Positions 13,116 through 25,563 of a stretch of 64,000 nt of DNA are shown in pieces (the first letter of the stretch is position 1; each line of letters begins with the position of its first letter). A program made the translations under genes and the position numbers. Source of the DNA: Chiloscyllium plagiosum. Lineage: Eukaryota. The notes under the pieces are model-generated. The model had not been told where the DNA came from. It saw nothing but the letters and a program-made list of their open reading frames with translations, and searched no databases. Where the stretch lies: contig NC_057752.1 in assembly GCF_004010195.1 (NCBI RefSeq), forward strand, positions 7,914,835-7,978,834. Reading direction: 5' to 3'.

Positions 13116-13952
13116 CCATGTTGAATACAACTGGAAAGCACTGTGTGGCAGGTGCACTGAATGTACTCTTGGTAGGGGACTTCAATGTCCATCAAGAGTT
13201 GCTCAGCAGCAGGCACCACAAATGACTGAGCTGATCGAGCCTTAAAGGACATAGCTACTAGATTGGGTCAGCAACAGATGGTGAGGGAATCAACAAAGAG
13301 TAAGGACATCACCTCTTGCTCACCTGTCTACTTGTCACAACTGCAACATGTCCATGACAGTATTGGGAAGACGGACCCTCCCGTGCAGATTGACCACCGT
13401 GTAGTTCTTATAGTGACAGAGTTCTGGAAAAGAGTCATATTGGATTCAAAACTTTTAATTCTTTCTCTCATCAGATGCTGCCAAATCTGCTGAGTTTCTC
13501 CAGCACTTTGTGTTTGTTGCTGCTTCCACTGTTTGGTATGCATGCAATACTCTAGGCTAAGTGACCTTACAATCAATAGATCAGACCAAAGCTCTGCAGT
13601 CCTGTCACAGCCAGTTGAGCATGTTCATAGACAATTAAACACCTCCCTGGAGGAACAGGCTCCACAAATGTCCTCATCCTCCACAATGGAGGAGGCCAGC
13701 ACACAAGTGAAAAAGGTAGGGTTCAAATATTTGCATCCAGCTTCAGAGGACTCCAGCATCACAGTGTTCAGACAGTTTGATCCCCTGCATGTGTCATCAA
13801 GGAATAGCTGAAAGCTGAACCCTGCAAATCTACAGCGTTGAAAATATTCTGATATAATACTAAAGGAATTCTGTGCTCCAGAAGTACTGTGCCCATCGCC
13901 AATCTCTTCCAGTAGAGCTACAATAGCATGTACCTGACAATGTAGGTAAATT

Positions 13953-14304
13953 AAAAGGTAGGGAGGAGGGACTTGGGGGAGGGGCGTTGGAAATGCAATA
14001 GGTGGAAGGAGGTCAAGGTGAGGNNNNNNNNNNNNNNNNNNNNNNNNNNNNNTGACCTCTCCGCCCCCACCCCACTCCGGCCTATCACCCTCACCTTGGC
14101 CTCCTTCCACCTATTGCATTTCCAACGCCCCTCCTCCCTACCTTTTATCTTAGCCTGCTGGGCACACTTTCCTCATTCCTGAAGAAGGGCTTATGCCCGA
14201 AACGTCAATTCTCCTGTTCCTTGGATGCTGCCTGACCTGCTGTGCTTTTCCAGCAACACATTTTCAGCTCTGATCTCCAGCATCTGCAGTCCTCACTTTC
14301 TCCT
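13953..14304 (+). mobile_element. Penelope-type fold-back insertion (family A) with 15-bp TSD; N gap at 14024-14052
   Basis: caatgtaggtaaatt at 13938-13952 and 14305-14319. 13953-14023 is inverted relative to about 14090-14148. Confidence 0.8.
14179..14206 (+). ncRNA. Minimal type I hammerhead ribozyme-like core
   Basis: CUGAAGA-a-GGGC uuau GCCC-GAAACGUC, with an intact core, 4-bp stem II and palindromic ACGU. Confidence 0.65.
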
Positions 14305-15363
14305 CAATGTAGGTAAATTGCCCATCGGTGTCCTGTAACAAGTCAGGACAAATCCAATCCATCCAATTACGGTCCCTTAATTCTATTCTCAATAACCAGC
14401 GAAGTGTTTGAAAGGACTGTGAACAGTGCTGTCAAGTGGCAATTGCAAAGGAATAATTTGCTCGCTGAGACTCTGTTTGGGTTCTGCCAGGACTGCTCAC
14501 CTCCACACCTCAATAGCATTTGTCCAAAAATGGACAAAAGAGCTGAATTCCATAAATAAGCTGAGAGTGAGTGCCCTTGACATCAAGGCTGCATTTAACT
14601 GTGTGCTATCAAGGAGCCAAAGTTAAACTGGAATCAGTCGGGATTGGGGAAATCTTTCCACTGGTTCAAGTCAAATCTGGAACATTGGAGATAGTTATGG
14701 TTGATGGAGGTCAATCATCTTAGCTCCAGGACATCTCTGCAAGAGTTTCTCAGAGTAGTGCTCCAGACCCAACCATCTTCAGCTGCTTCATCAGTAACCT
14801 TTCCTGTAAAAAGGTCAGAGTGGGGATGTTCATCAATGATTTGCACAATGTTCTGCACCATATGTGACTCTTCAGATCCTGAAGCGATCTATGCCCAAAT
14901 GTCGCAAAACCTTGACAATGTCTGGTCAAGTTGTGGATGTGGCTAATGGCCCATTTATATTGTCCTCATCATCAGGGGAGGTCAAAATTGCTCAGAGGAA
15001 GCCTCAGAAATTATAACCTCATAGTTGCATTCCTAAACTCAAAAAATGAATTTTAAAAGTATGTCAACCCACCTCCTTGGTCCTTTCTAGACTTCAATCT
15101 GCTACCTAGCTAGGTCATCATCAGACCTGATATACAACCACTGAAAAAGCTGGTTTGAGTATGTATCCTCAGAAACTGGTGAAATTCATGGTAGTTCGAG
15201 TGGAATTTTAATTTCCTACCTTCTTGGTTTCCGTTCCTTCTATATTTCTGTCTGCTAATTATTTCTCTTTCGTGTCTCTCCTTTCTCATTCTTCCTCTTC
15301 CTCAGTTCTTGTATTTCCTGCTCCAGGAGTTGCTGTTTCATTATCTCTTCTTTTTATCCACAG

Positions 15364-15435
15364 CTAAAGCAAGGATCCAGGGAACCAAATGCACTGGTAC
15401 AGGTCTCATTATTGGACAAAACCTTCGAAAGCAGG
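15364..15435 (+). CDS. ESYT1: ESYT1 exon, LKQGSREPNALVQVSLLDKTFESR (C2B)
   Basis: Polypyrimidine tract, cacag|cta...agg|gtatgg, 72 nt. Confidence 0.88.
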
Positions 15436-16194
15436 GTATGGATAAACACTACCAGGTCCATTGTTTAAAGTCAATAGAGTGCAGTGTAATTTTGAGTAAG
15501 GAAGAATTGCCACCATGTTCTCCATGATGGCCCTTTGCACAGCCCCATCATTGTCATTAGTTCCACATGCAGAATTTGCTCTCCTTCAGATTTTCTGCTT
15601 CTCTCATTCACATACTATTCAGTGTGGCGTACAGTCCATGGAGACTTACAGTAAAATACTGAAGTTTGTACGTAACTATCAGAATTAACTAAACATGATC
15701 TCCTTAGTGTTATTTTGGCTTCACATGTAATATTTTTTGCGCATTTGAGTTTAAATGACTTTGGATACCAGAATTTCTTTTAAGAGGATTAAAAAGTCAC
15801 ATTGGAACATTTTTTAACAATGCATTTCTTGGAAACCACATTGTTCTGGATAATTGCTGATTTTGGTTGCTTGAACTCACGCAAATAAAATACCTGACTG
15901 CTTTTCTAACTATTTTATGTCTGTGAATAGTGTTTTACAAGCTTAGATACTTCTTTTTGGATTTTCAGTTGTGGGGAAGCCTTTTAAAAATAAACACCCC
16001 ATCCAGCTGATGTCTGCAGTTTCTGAAGCACATTTGTGCTAAACATATTGTGAAAGCGGATTGTGATCTTGAACAGAGACCAAAAGACATTGTGTTTCCT
16101 GAGCAAGCCGTATCTACCAATTTCGCAGAAACATCAGCCTATGTTTGGTGATAACTGTCTACACGTGGCACAATGCCAGACCAACAGGTGTAAC

Positions 16195-18055
16195 CCAGAA
16201 CTCTGTGGGAAGCTAGGCAAGTGATTGCTGGGCCCCTTGCTGAGATATTTTATTGATAGTCACAAGTGAGATGCCAGAAGACTGGAGGGTGGCTAACGTG
16301 GTGCCACTATTTAAGAAATGTGGTAAGGAATAGCCAAGGAACTGTAGACCGGTGAGCCTGACATCAGTGGTGGGCAAGTTGTTGGAGGGAATCCTGAGGG
16401 ACAGGATGTACATGTATTTGGAAAGGCAAGGACTGATTCAGGATAGTCAGCATGGCTTTGTGTGTCAGAGGTCATGTCCCACAAACTTGATTAAGTTTTT
16501 TTGAAGAAGTAACAAAGAGGATTGATGAGGGCAGAGCAGTGGATGTAATCTATATGTACTTCAGTAAGGTGTACGACAAGGTTCCCCATGGGAAACTGAT
16601 TAGCAAGGTTAGATCTCATGGAATACAGGGAGAACTAGCCACTTGATACAGAACTGGCTTGAAGGTAGAAGACAGAGGGTGGTGGTGGAGTGTTGTTTTT
16701 CAGACTGGAGACCTGTGACCAGTGGAGTGCCACAAGGATCGGTGCTGGGTCCACTACTTTTCATCATTTATATAAATGTTTTGGGTGCGAACATAGGAGG
16801 TACAGTTAGTAAGTTTGCAGATGACACCAAAATTGGAGGTGTAGTGGACAGAGAAGAAGGTTACATCAGAGTACAACAGGATCTTGATCAGATGGGCCAA
16901 TGGGCTGAGGAGTGGCAGATAGTTTAATTTAGATAAATGTGAGGTGCTGTATTTTGGGACAGCAAATCAGAACAGAACTTATACACTTAATGGTAAGGCC
17001 CTGTGGAGTTTTGCTGAATAAAGATACCTTGGAGTGCAGGTTCATATTTCCTTGAAAGTGGAGTCGCAGGTTAATAGGATAGTGAAGATGGCATTTGGTA
17101 TGCTTTCCTTTATTGGTCAGAGCATTGGAGCTGGGAGTTCATGTTGCAGCTGTACAGGACATTGGTTAGGCCATTTTTGGAATATTGTGTGCAATTCTAG
17201 GCTCCTTCATAATGGAAGGATGTTATGAAACTTGAAAGGGTTCAGAAAAGATTTAGATTAGATTACATTACAGTGTGGAAACAGGCCCTTCGGCCCAACA
17301 AGTCCACACCGACCCGCCGAAGCGAAACCCACCCATACCCCTACATTTACCCCTTACCTAACACTACGGGCAATTTAGCATGGCCAATTCACCTGACCCT
17401 GCACATCTTTTGGACTGTGGGAGGAAACCGGAGCACCCGGAGGAAACCCACGCAGACACGGGGAGAACGTGCAAACTCCACACAGTCAGTCGCCTGAGGC
17501 GGGAATTGAACCCGGGTCTCAGGCGCTGTGAGGCAGCAGTGCTAACCACTGTGCCACCGTGCCGCCCACTAAGGCGGCACGGTGGCACAAGGATGTTGCC
17601 AGGGTTGGAGGATTTCAGCTATAGAGAGAGGCTGAATAGGCTGGGGCTGTTTTCCCTGGAGCATCGAAGGCTGAGGTGTGACGTTATTGAGGTTTATAAA
17701 ATCATTAGGGGCATGGACAGGATAAATAGACAAAGTCTCTTCCCTGGGGTGGGGGAGTCCAGAATTCGAGGGCATACGTTTAGGGTGAGAGGGGAAAGGT
17801 ATAAAAGGGACCTAAGGGGCAATGCTTTCACACAGAGGGTAGTGTGTATCTGGAATGAGCTGCCAGAGGAAGTGGTGGAGGCTGATACAATTACAGCATT
17901 TAAAAGACATCTGGATGGTTATATGAATAGGAAGGGTTCAGAGGGATATGGGCCAGGTGCAGGCAAATGGGACTAGATTAGGTTAGGATATCTGGTTGGT
18001 ATGGACAAGTTGGACCGAAGGGTCTGTTTCCGTGCTGTACTTCTCTATGACTCTG
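16195..18055 (+). mobile_element. CR1 LINE (young), interrupted by an HE1 SINE
   Basis: [11 protein letters not shown]...SKFADDTK in ORF 16643..16927. The CR1 resumes at 17587 after the SINE. Confidence 0.93.
17255..17566 (-). mobile_element. HE1-type SINE, full length
   Basis: Minus strand begins ggcggcacggtggcacagtggttagcactgctgcc and ends in a (taatc)n tail. Confidence 0.9.
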
Positions 18056-18396
18056 CGACTCTTTGTCACACTATCCTTTTTGCTTCATGAACTAAGACTT
18101 ATTGGCCAAGTGTTTCTCCCAAACAATTTTCCCTTTTGTGTGTGTGTGCGTGAGTGAAAGAGATATATATAGAGAGAGTGTGTGTGCATGTGCGCGTGCG
18201 TGCACAGGTGGGTGTTGAGTTATTTACAGGGGTAAACATTTATATTTTCATATTACAAACTGAATATGTTAGCCAGTTCATCATTTTCATCAATATGGTT
18301 TTTCTTTTACTTTATAATAAATCAATATTCTTCTTTATTTTAAGTGTGATATAGAGAGATCATACCATTGGACATATTGGAAACTGGTTAAAACAA

Positions 18397-18690
18397 GGCA
18401 CAGTGGTTAGCACTGCTGCCTCACAGCGCCAGAGACCGGGTTCAATTCCCACCTCAGGCAACTGTGTGTGGAATTTGCACATTCTCCCCAAGGCTGCGTG
18501 GGTTTCCTCCGGGTGCTCCGGTTTCCTCCCACATTCCAAAAATGTGCAGGTTAGGTGAATTGGCCATGCTAAATTGCCCATAATAAATAGGTGTAAACGT
18601 AGGGGAATGGGTCTGGGTGGGTTGCTCTTCGGAGGGTCGGTGTGGACTTGTTGGGCCAAAGGGCCTGTTTCCACACTGTATGTAATCTTA
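18397..18690 (+). mobile_element. HE1-type SINE
   Basis: A/B boxes and a cctgtttccacactgta tail. Confidence 0.9.
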
Positions 18691-18866
18691 AAATAAAAAT
18701 TAAATGTGTGTTATGGTTCATGGATTAGTACGTCAAGAGAAGGACAATGCACTCCTTCTGACTTGGGTTGTAACATTAGATCTTCAGAGTTACATTTTTA
18801 AACTGACAAATTAAGTTGACAAATTTCTGCTTCTCCAATATGTCACATTATTTTCTCTTCCCACAG

Positions 18867-18953
18867 ACGGTGTATAACACAAATGCCCCAGTTTGGGAGG
18901 ATGCCTTTACATTTTTTGTTCAAAATCCAAATCAACAAGACCTTGATATACAG
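18867..18953 (+). CDS. ESYT1: ESYT1 exon, TVYNTNAPVWEDAFTFFVQNPNQQDLDIQ (C2B)
   Basis: ccacag|acg...cag|gtacct, 87 nt, C2 PVWE motif. Confidence 0.92.
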
Positions 18954-19437
18954 GTACCTTCCTTCACTTCTCCAGAGGGGTTTTGAAATGCTAATTTAAA
19001 TGGTGTCTGTCACCTTTTATTTTCCTTCGAGGAACTCCTGAATTTTGCATTGTCTATGGATTTTGTGGTGAACTGCATCACCTGAAGCATTTTCAAACTT
19101 TTATGACCATCAATAACAAGAACTTATGTCGTGCTTTTAATATGTTAAAGTGTTCCAAAGCATTTCATAATTGCACAATCGGACTAAAGTTAACACTGAG
19201 CCACATAGTTCCTGGGTAAGGTCGTGTGATGGTTATGTTACTTGACTAATAATCCAGAGACCTTGACTAATAATCCAGAGACACGAGATCCGTCATGGCA
19301 ACTAGGAAATTTAAATTCAATTAATTAATTCCCTTGGAATTTAAAAAATATTGACTACAAAATTATTGGATTGTTGTAAAACCCTATCTTGGTAGGGCTG
19401 CTGTTTTCACTGCAGACCCACTGCCCTTTCAAATGAC

Positions 19438-19904
19438 TGTAAGGTGCACCTGACCTCCCGGTCATCGTTCAATTTTAATTCTCCTTCCCACTCCCTTTCC
19501 GACATGACCATCCTTGGCCTCCTCCATTGCCACAACAAACCAAACCGCAAATTGGAGGAACAACACCATCTTCCGCCTGGGCAGCCTACAGACTGAGGAC
19601 TCAACATTGAGTTCTCCAATTTCAAATAACCTCCCTTCCCATCCCCTGACTCCCTCCCTTCCATTCCTCTGATTAACCCTTCCTTCCAGTTACCAACTAG
19701 ATTCACTCCTCTCATCGACCAACCAGATCATATCCTCAATGTTCACCTACCACCCAGCCTCTCTCCTCACCTAAAACCCCCCTCACCCATGCCCCTTTAT
19801 CTGCAGCTCCCCCTCCCCCGCCTCCATTCCTGAAGGGTTATACCTGAAACATCGATTTCTCCACCTCCTGCCTTGCTGTGTTCTTACAGCCTCCTGCTTG
19901 TCCA
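19438..19904 (+). mobile_element. Penelope-type 3' fragment (GIY-YIG C-terminal region plus terminal repeat) with 12-bp TSD, nested in an older SINE-like repeat
   Basis: Homologous to 58487-59465. ctttcaaatgac at 19426-19437 and 19905-19916. Confidence 0.75.
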
Positions 19905-20159
19905 CTTTCAAATGACATAACCGGTTACTCTTTTTTTTCCCCAAAGAGGCAACAGTCCACTCCTTCTCAAGGGCAGTTAGGGATGGGCAACAATTGTTGG
20001 CCTAACCAGTGACTTCCACATCCTACAAACAATTATAAAATGGAACTTAAGACAGGTGACCAAAGGTTTTGCTTTGATGAGCAACTTTAATGAGGAGATA
20101 GTCTTGAATTAGCAAGGGAGAAGATTCCAAATCTTAACCCACCAGCATCAGTGACAAAA

Positions 20160-20592
20160 ATCAGGTGATTGGTAATGCCACATTTGGAATACTGCACATA
20201 GTTCTGGTCGCCTTGCTGTTGGAAAGAGACTGGAAAGTTTGAGTTATAAGGAGAAACTGAATAGGCTGAGCTGTTTTCCCTGGATCATAGGAGGCTGAAG
20301 GGTGAACATATAGAGGTTTATAAAATCATGAGGGACATGAATGGGATAAATAGACAAGGTCTTTTCCCTGGGGAGGGGGAGTCCAGAACGAGAGGGCATA
20401 GATTTAGGGTGAGAGGGGAAAGAAATAAAAGGGACCTGAGGGGCAATGTTTTCACGGAGAGGGTGATGTGTATATGGAATGAGCTGCCAGAAGAAGTGGT
20501 GGAGGTGAGTAAAATTACATTTAAAAAGGCATTTTGGCAGGTCAGCATGGACGAGTTGGGTTGAAGGGTCTGTTTCTGCATTGTGACTATGA
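20160..20592 (+). mobile_element. CR1 3' fragment
   Basis: ORF 20328..20564 (SRTRGHRFRVRGER). Confidence 0.88.
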
Positions 20593-20692
20593 TTGCACAG
20601 CCAGATGCATTTAATCATGTAATCTAAGACTTAGGACAGATAATGGGGAAATATGGTTGTGAGAATGTACAATAGACCACTGGAGTTAGGAG

Positions 20693-20934
20693 CAAGATTA
20701 GAGTGGTGCTGGAAAAGCACAGCAGGTCAGGCAGCATCCGAGCAGCAGGAAAATCGACATTTCGGCCAAAAGCCCTTTATCAGGAATGATGATCGGAAAA
20801 GCCCATTCCTGATGAAGGGCTTTTGCCCGAAACATTGATTTTTATGCTCCTTAGATGCTGCCTGACCTGCTGTGCTTTTCCAGCACCACTCTAATCTTGA
20901 CTCTAATCTCCAGCATCTGCAGTACTCACTTTCG
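20693..20934. mobile_element. Penelope-type fold-back element (family A), 16-bp TSD with 1 mismatch
   Basis: ccactRgagttaggag at 20677-20692 and 20935-20950. Inverted arms; ctgatga...gaaa at 20809-20832. Confidence 0.8.
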
Positions 20935-21154
20935 CCACTAGAGTTAGGAGTTGAAGCAGAGACAGTAGCCTGCAATTTCCTTGGGTTCTCTGAATCCACT
21001 GTCAATACTTTTATTGGAGGTGCAGTGGAGATCCTATTTAGGTAAATAGGATTTTGTTAAACCAGTGGATTTCAATATTTACAAATAGATTAGATAGTTT
21101 AAGGAAAGGTGGGTAAATGTGAATTGGTGTGTTCAAACAACCTGTTTCTGTGTT

Positions 21155-21362
21155 CAAAGTTAAAAATCACAACACCAGGTTATAGTCCAACAGGTTTAAT
21201 TGGAAGCACACTAGCTTAGCGACGCTCCTTCATCAGGTGGTAGTAGTGGGAGCGTCAATCCGAAACCTAGTGTGCTTCCAATTAAACCTGTTGGACTATA
21301 ACCTGGTGTTGTGTGATTTTTAACTTTGTATACCCCAGTCCAACACCGGCATCTTCAAATCA
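21155..21362. mobile_element. Penelope-type fold-back element (family B), 12-bp TSD
   Basis: tgtttctgtgtt at 21143-21154 and 21363-21374. Confidence 0.82.
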
Positions 21363-21399
21363 TGTTTCTGTGTTGTCATTTTTATTTTACTATACATAA

Positions 21400-21865
21400 T
21401 GTTCTGGTCACCACATTATAGGAAGGATGTGGAAGCTTTGGAGTGGGTTCAGAGATTTACTGGGATGTTGCCTGGTATTGAGGGAAGGCCTTATGAGGAA
21501 AGGCTAATGGACTTGAGGCTGTTTTCATTAGACAGAAGAAGGTTGAAAGGTAACTTAGTTGAGACATATAAGATAATCACAGGGTTAGATAGGGTGGACA
21601 ATGAGAGCTTCTTTGCTTGGATGGTGATGGCTAGCACGAGGGGACATAGCTTTAAATTGAGGGGTGATGGATATAGGACAGATGTGGTATGGAATGCCCT
21701 GCCTGAAACAGTAGTAGACTCGCCAATTTTAAGGGCATTTAAATGGTCATTGGATAAACATATGGATGAAAATGGAATAGCGTAGGTTAGACATGCTTCA
21801 GATTGGTTTCACAGGTTGGAACATCAGGGGCCAAAGGACCTGTACTGCGCTGTAATGTTCTATGC
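21400..21865 (+). mobile_element. CR1 3' fragment
   Basis: ORF 21399..21785. Confidence 0.88.
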
Positions 21866-22062
21866 TTTATAATGGACAAGATGTGATGATCCTAAAACCG
21901 TCTTAAAGCAACATTGCTAACATTTAGGAAAGTAAAATAAGGAAGGGCAATAACTGAAAATGGGGTAAAGATAAAATAAGAGAAGTGAAGGATTATAAAT
22001 CACAATCATTAATTACAAGTACATGTTTCAGTTAAATCTGTGCATGTTAATTTTTCTTCTAG

Positions 22063-22212
22063 GTTAAAGATGATGACCGTCAATTTAGTCTGGGGTCACT
22101 ATCCATTTCTCTGTCACAGTTGCTGATGAACCCAGATATGAGCTTTAACCAGTGGTTCCCACTAGAACATTCTGGGCGCCACAGCCAAATCTACCTGAAA
22201 ATCATAATGCGG
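22063..22212 (+). CDS. ESYT1: ESYT1 exon, VKDDDRQFSLGSLSISLSQLLMNPDMSFNQWFPLEHSGRHSQIYLKIIMR (end of C2B)
   Basis: ttctag|gtt...cgg|gtgagt, 150 nt. Confidence 0.92.
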
Positions 22213-22586
22213 GTGAGTAAATCCAACAAACAAGAGATTTTGGATCTTTTTAAAAGGACATTCTGAGGACTAAAAGAACTGAGTTGAAACCAACACCAGG
22301 AATAGTCAGGTGTCTTGAACAGAGTTCAAGGGACATTTTAGGTACACTTTGTCTTCACTAGCTGCCCAGTATCTGGTGCCAACTTAACTCTTATTCTCTA
22401 AATTCCACAAATTTTCAATCAGTTGAAGAGCTTAAAAGGTGGGGGATCCACTCTGCTGGATTACCACCAGGTACTCATGGTGGAAATCCACCTCTTTTTA
22501 TGTTGGATTGTAACTGTCAATGTTCCCCTCCTTTAACCCACCAACTCTGTCCAGTGGCATTGTCAAGAATAACATTGTTATGTGAG

Positions 22587-22793
22587 TTAAAAATCACACA
22601 ACACCAGGTTATAGTCCAACAGGTTTAATTGGAAGCACACTAGCTTTCAGAGCGCTGCTCCTTCATCAGGTGGTAGTAGTGGGAGCGTCAATCCGAAAGC
22701 TAGTGTGCTTCCAATTAAACCTGTTGGACTATAACCTGGTGTTGTGAGATTTTTAACTTTGTACATCCCAGTCCAACACCGGCATCTCCAATT
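22587..22793. mobile_element. Penelope-type fold-back element (family B), about 14-bp TSD
   Basis: cattgttaYgtgag at 22573-22586 and 22794-22807. Confidence 0.82.
22641..22669 (-). ncRNA. Minimal type I hammerhead ribozyme-like core
   Basis: Minus strand cac-CUGAUGA-a-GGAGC agc GCUCU-GAAAGCUA-gug, with palindromic AGCU and a 3-bp stem I. Confidence 0.65.
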
Positions 22794-23379
22794 CATTGTT
22801 ACGTGAGGATAAGAAGACATGAAGCTGCACTTCAACACTGCTCAGTTTGTTCTTTTAGTTGTTGCAGTTTCTTTTTCAGTTTCTCACTTTCCCTCTGTCT
22901 GTTTTCTTCCTTGGTCTTCAGGTCATTATTCAGTCTGTTCTGTAACTGTTCCATGAACAGTTGAATGTAAAATGATTTTGGTATATTGGTAGGTTTTAAA
23001 TCTTAAAGTAAATGATCTTTCTTTCTGGTCAGTGGTGGAAATATATGTTGCTTCATGTACAAAGAAACATCCTACTCTGCTCCATTCTGCGCTGTCACCA
23101 GGATGGCTGTCATTGTAAATCCAATAGTGTCTTATTGCCTGAAAAGGACATTATACAGTCAGATTACAGGATGTCAAAGTTGTACCAGTTTTGTATAAAT
23201 GATTTAACACCTTCGCATTTCAGGAAAGTGCAAATTTTCTCAATCACGATTCGTTGCTTTCTCTGATTTTCCTTCTGTTCTGCACTTCCTCTTTCTCTCT
23301 GGGATTCAATGCAGCTTAATTTCCTCTGACAGCATATGGTTTAATCTGTTCGCTTAAAATTATTGTATAGTCATCATTA

Positions 23380-24120
23380 ACTCAAAGAAAGTGACAGATT
23401 GAGTATGTGTGAAAATGTGATGTTAAAAGCAAACTTTTTTCTAAAAGGTGAGAGGAGAGGAAATGTTGGGATTCAGGGGTATTTGGATGTCCTTGTACAT
23501 GAATCACAGAAAGTTAACATGCAGGCAGAACAAGAAATTAGGAAGGAACATTGATTGTTTGTCTTTATTCTGAAGGGGCTAGAGAACAAGAGGAATGAAG
23601 TCTTCCTACAATTATACAGGGCTTTGAGACCACACCTGGAGTACTAAGCACAATTTTAGCCTTTCCTAAGGGATGATTTGTTGCCATGGAGGAGAGCAAC
23701 AAACGTTCACAGGAAGGGTTCCTGAGACAAGAGGGCTACCCTATAAGGAATGATTAAGTAGGACAGGCCGATATTCTCTGGAGTGTAGAAGCATGAGGTG
23801 ATCACAATGAAATGTATAAATGCATGGAGGGTTTGACAGGGTCAGTGCTGAGATGCAGTACCTCTGCTGACCCCTGCTGGAGGTTCACAGTCTCAGAATA
23901 AGGAGTCAGCCATTTCAGACTGAAATGAGGAGATTTTGTGACCCAAAGGGTACAGACGTTCAATCATTATGTACAAAACAGAGATCAATAGATTTTTGGA
24001 CATTGAGGGTCAAGAAATAGGACAAGAAAGTGAACTTTATTTAGAAGATCAGCCGTGATTGTACTGAATGGCAGAGCAGGTTCAAGAGACTGAATTGCAT
24101 GTGCCTTCTCCTATTATGAT
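23380..24120 (+). mobile_element. Old CR1 3' fragment
   Basis: Decayed RPHLEY and GDxxEMYK homology. Confidence 0.7.
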
Positions 24121-24260
24121 GTGTTAGATTTTAAATAAGAACCTTTTAAATGCTAGAAATAAATCACTTAGCATTGCTGAGCTTTATAATTGATGCAGCA
24201 CAAATTAGTATCACACTATTCCCCTTCTTTACTGTGGCTGTGTGTTTGTTTCTTTGGCAG

Positions 24261-24455
24261 ATCCTGATTGCTGACGCAGTTGATCTGGAGAAGCTGCCTA
24301 GAACTCGGAAATCCACACTGGAAAAAAACACAGGATCAGCCAAGTCTGACAAGATGAATATGACTGCAGCTAAGTTAGTGGAAGCTGGAGTGGGCAGCCT
24401 GATCCAAGCTCCTTTACCAACTGAGAGCAGTGCCCCAAGCAGTGTGGGGACTGAG
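24261..24455 (+). CDS. ESYT1: ESYT1 exon, C2B-C2C linker (ILIADAVD...SSVGTE)
   Basis: tggcag|atc...gag|gtactt, 195 nt, open frame within ORF 24150..24530. Confidence 0.85.
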
Positions 24456-24577
24456 GTACTTGGTCAATTACAGAACCATTTTATATTTTCATGTATGAAA
24501 GGATTCACTATTCCAATGATTATAGATTAAACTGAAAGTAGATCAATGAAAATAAGATTTTTCATTGTTTGATGCAT

Positions 24578-24790
24578 AGGGATCAGTTAGCTCAGTTGGT
24601 TGGATAGTTGGTTTGCAATTCAGAGTGATACCAACAGCACAGGTGCAATTCCCATCTTAGCTGAGGTTAACATGAAGACCCCGTGTTCTGAACCTTGTCT
24701 GTTGTGAGCGATATGGTGACCCTCAGGTTACACTGACTGTCAGTTCTCTCCCTCTCTGTAAGAAGGGAGCAGTCAATTGTCCCCTGGGGC
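24578..24790 (+). mobile_element. tRNA-derived SINE (non-HE1); related copy near 54955-55060
   Basis: tagctcagttgg A box, ggtgcaattccc B-box-like, shared gctgaggttaMcatgaag. Confidence 0.6.
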
Positions 24791-25563
24791 TGTGCTGACA
24801 TTCACATGACTTCAAAGAACAGGTTTGGCTGAAGCAAAAATGTATGAATGTAGAAAGAAAAATGATCAGGCTGAAATTGAAAAATAAAGACTGAGTGTAA
24901 GATTGAACAAAAGAGGGTAGGTGTTGGACTGTGGAGAGGAATTACAGTGAGTGATTCTAGGGATCAAATATGGGGATTGATTATAGAAATTGTTTACAAT
25001 GTTTTTCATCCAATTTTTTGGTTCATTTCACCTTGCATCCAGGTCTTCCTATCCCTGGTCCAGGAGGCCCAGGTTCAACTCCCAACTACTCCAGAGGTGT
25101 GTAATAACATCTCTGACCAGGTTGAATAGAAAAATTGGTTAATAAAAGAACATTTTTTAAAAATTCAAACAACTGGTTTCTGCTGACATTGTGAAATTTT
25201 ATATTATTGCCAAGAGATTTATTACTAAAACTGACGGAGAAATGCACTTTTTAAACTGAATGATTGTGCAGAAACAGAGTTTTGTTAGTGTAAATAGAAG
25301 GCCAGTCTGACACAAGTTTCTGGCCACTACTATCTAAATGGTGACAAACTAGAAACTGTGCAAAAACATAGAGATTTGAGAGTCCAGGTTCAAAAATTAA
25401 TTCAAAACTAGTTGACAGGTACAAGAGCAATCAGAAATAGAGTTGAGGTACAAATCAATCATGATCCAGTGGAAGAGTACAGCAGGTTTCAGGGGATGAG
25501 TGGTCTGCACCTGTTCTTATGTTGCTAAAAGGTAGCAGTGTTAACTTCTTTTTCTTCTTTCAG

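Larger units (their letters stand above)
13140..14940 (+). mobile_element. Degraded non-LTR retrotransposon of a different family (EN+RT remnants)
   Basis: VGDFNVH-like endonuclease motif near 13170 and ALDIKAAF RT motif in ORF 14426..14626. Clade not determined. Confidence 0.7.
20430..21400. repeat. Inverted duplicate of 52646-53385
   Basis: 20900-21104 matches the reverse complement of 52723-52917 with no mismatch found by eye. Confidence 0.93.

Noticed and set aside
18397..18470. tRNA genes at SINE heads (also 24578, 17500-17566)
   Set aside because: The A/B boxes run directly into SINE bodies, and I see no complete cloverleaf.
20693..22793. Palindromic elements as classical MITEs or CRISPR-like repeats
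   Set aside because: The arms are unequal, the TSDs are long and variable, hammerhead cores are present, and there is no repeat-spacer periodicity.
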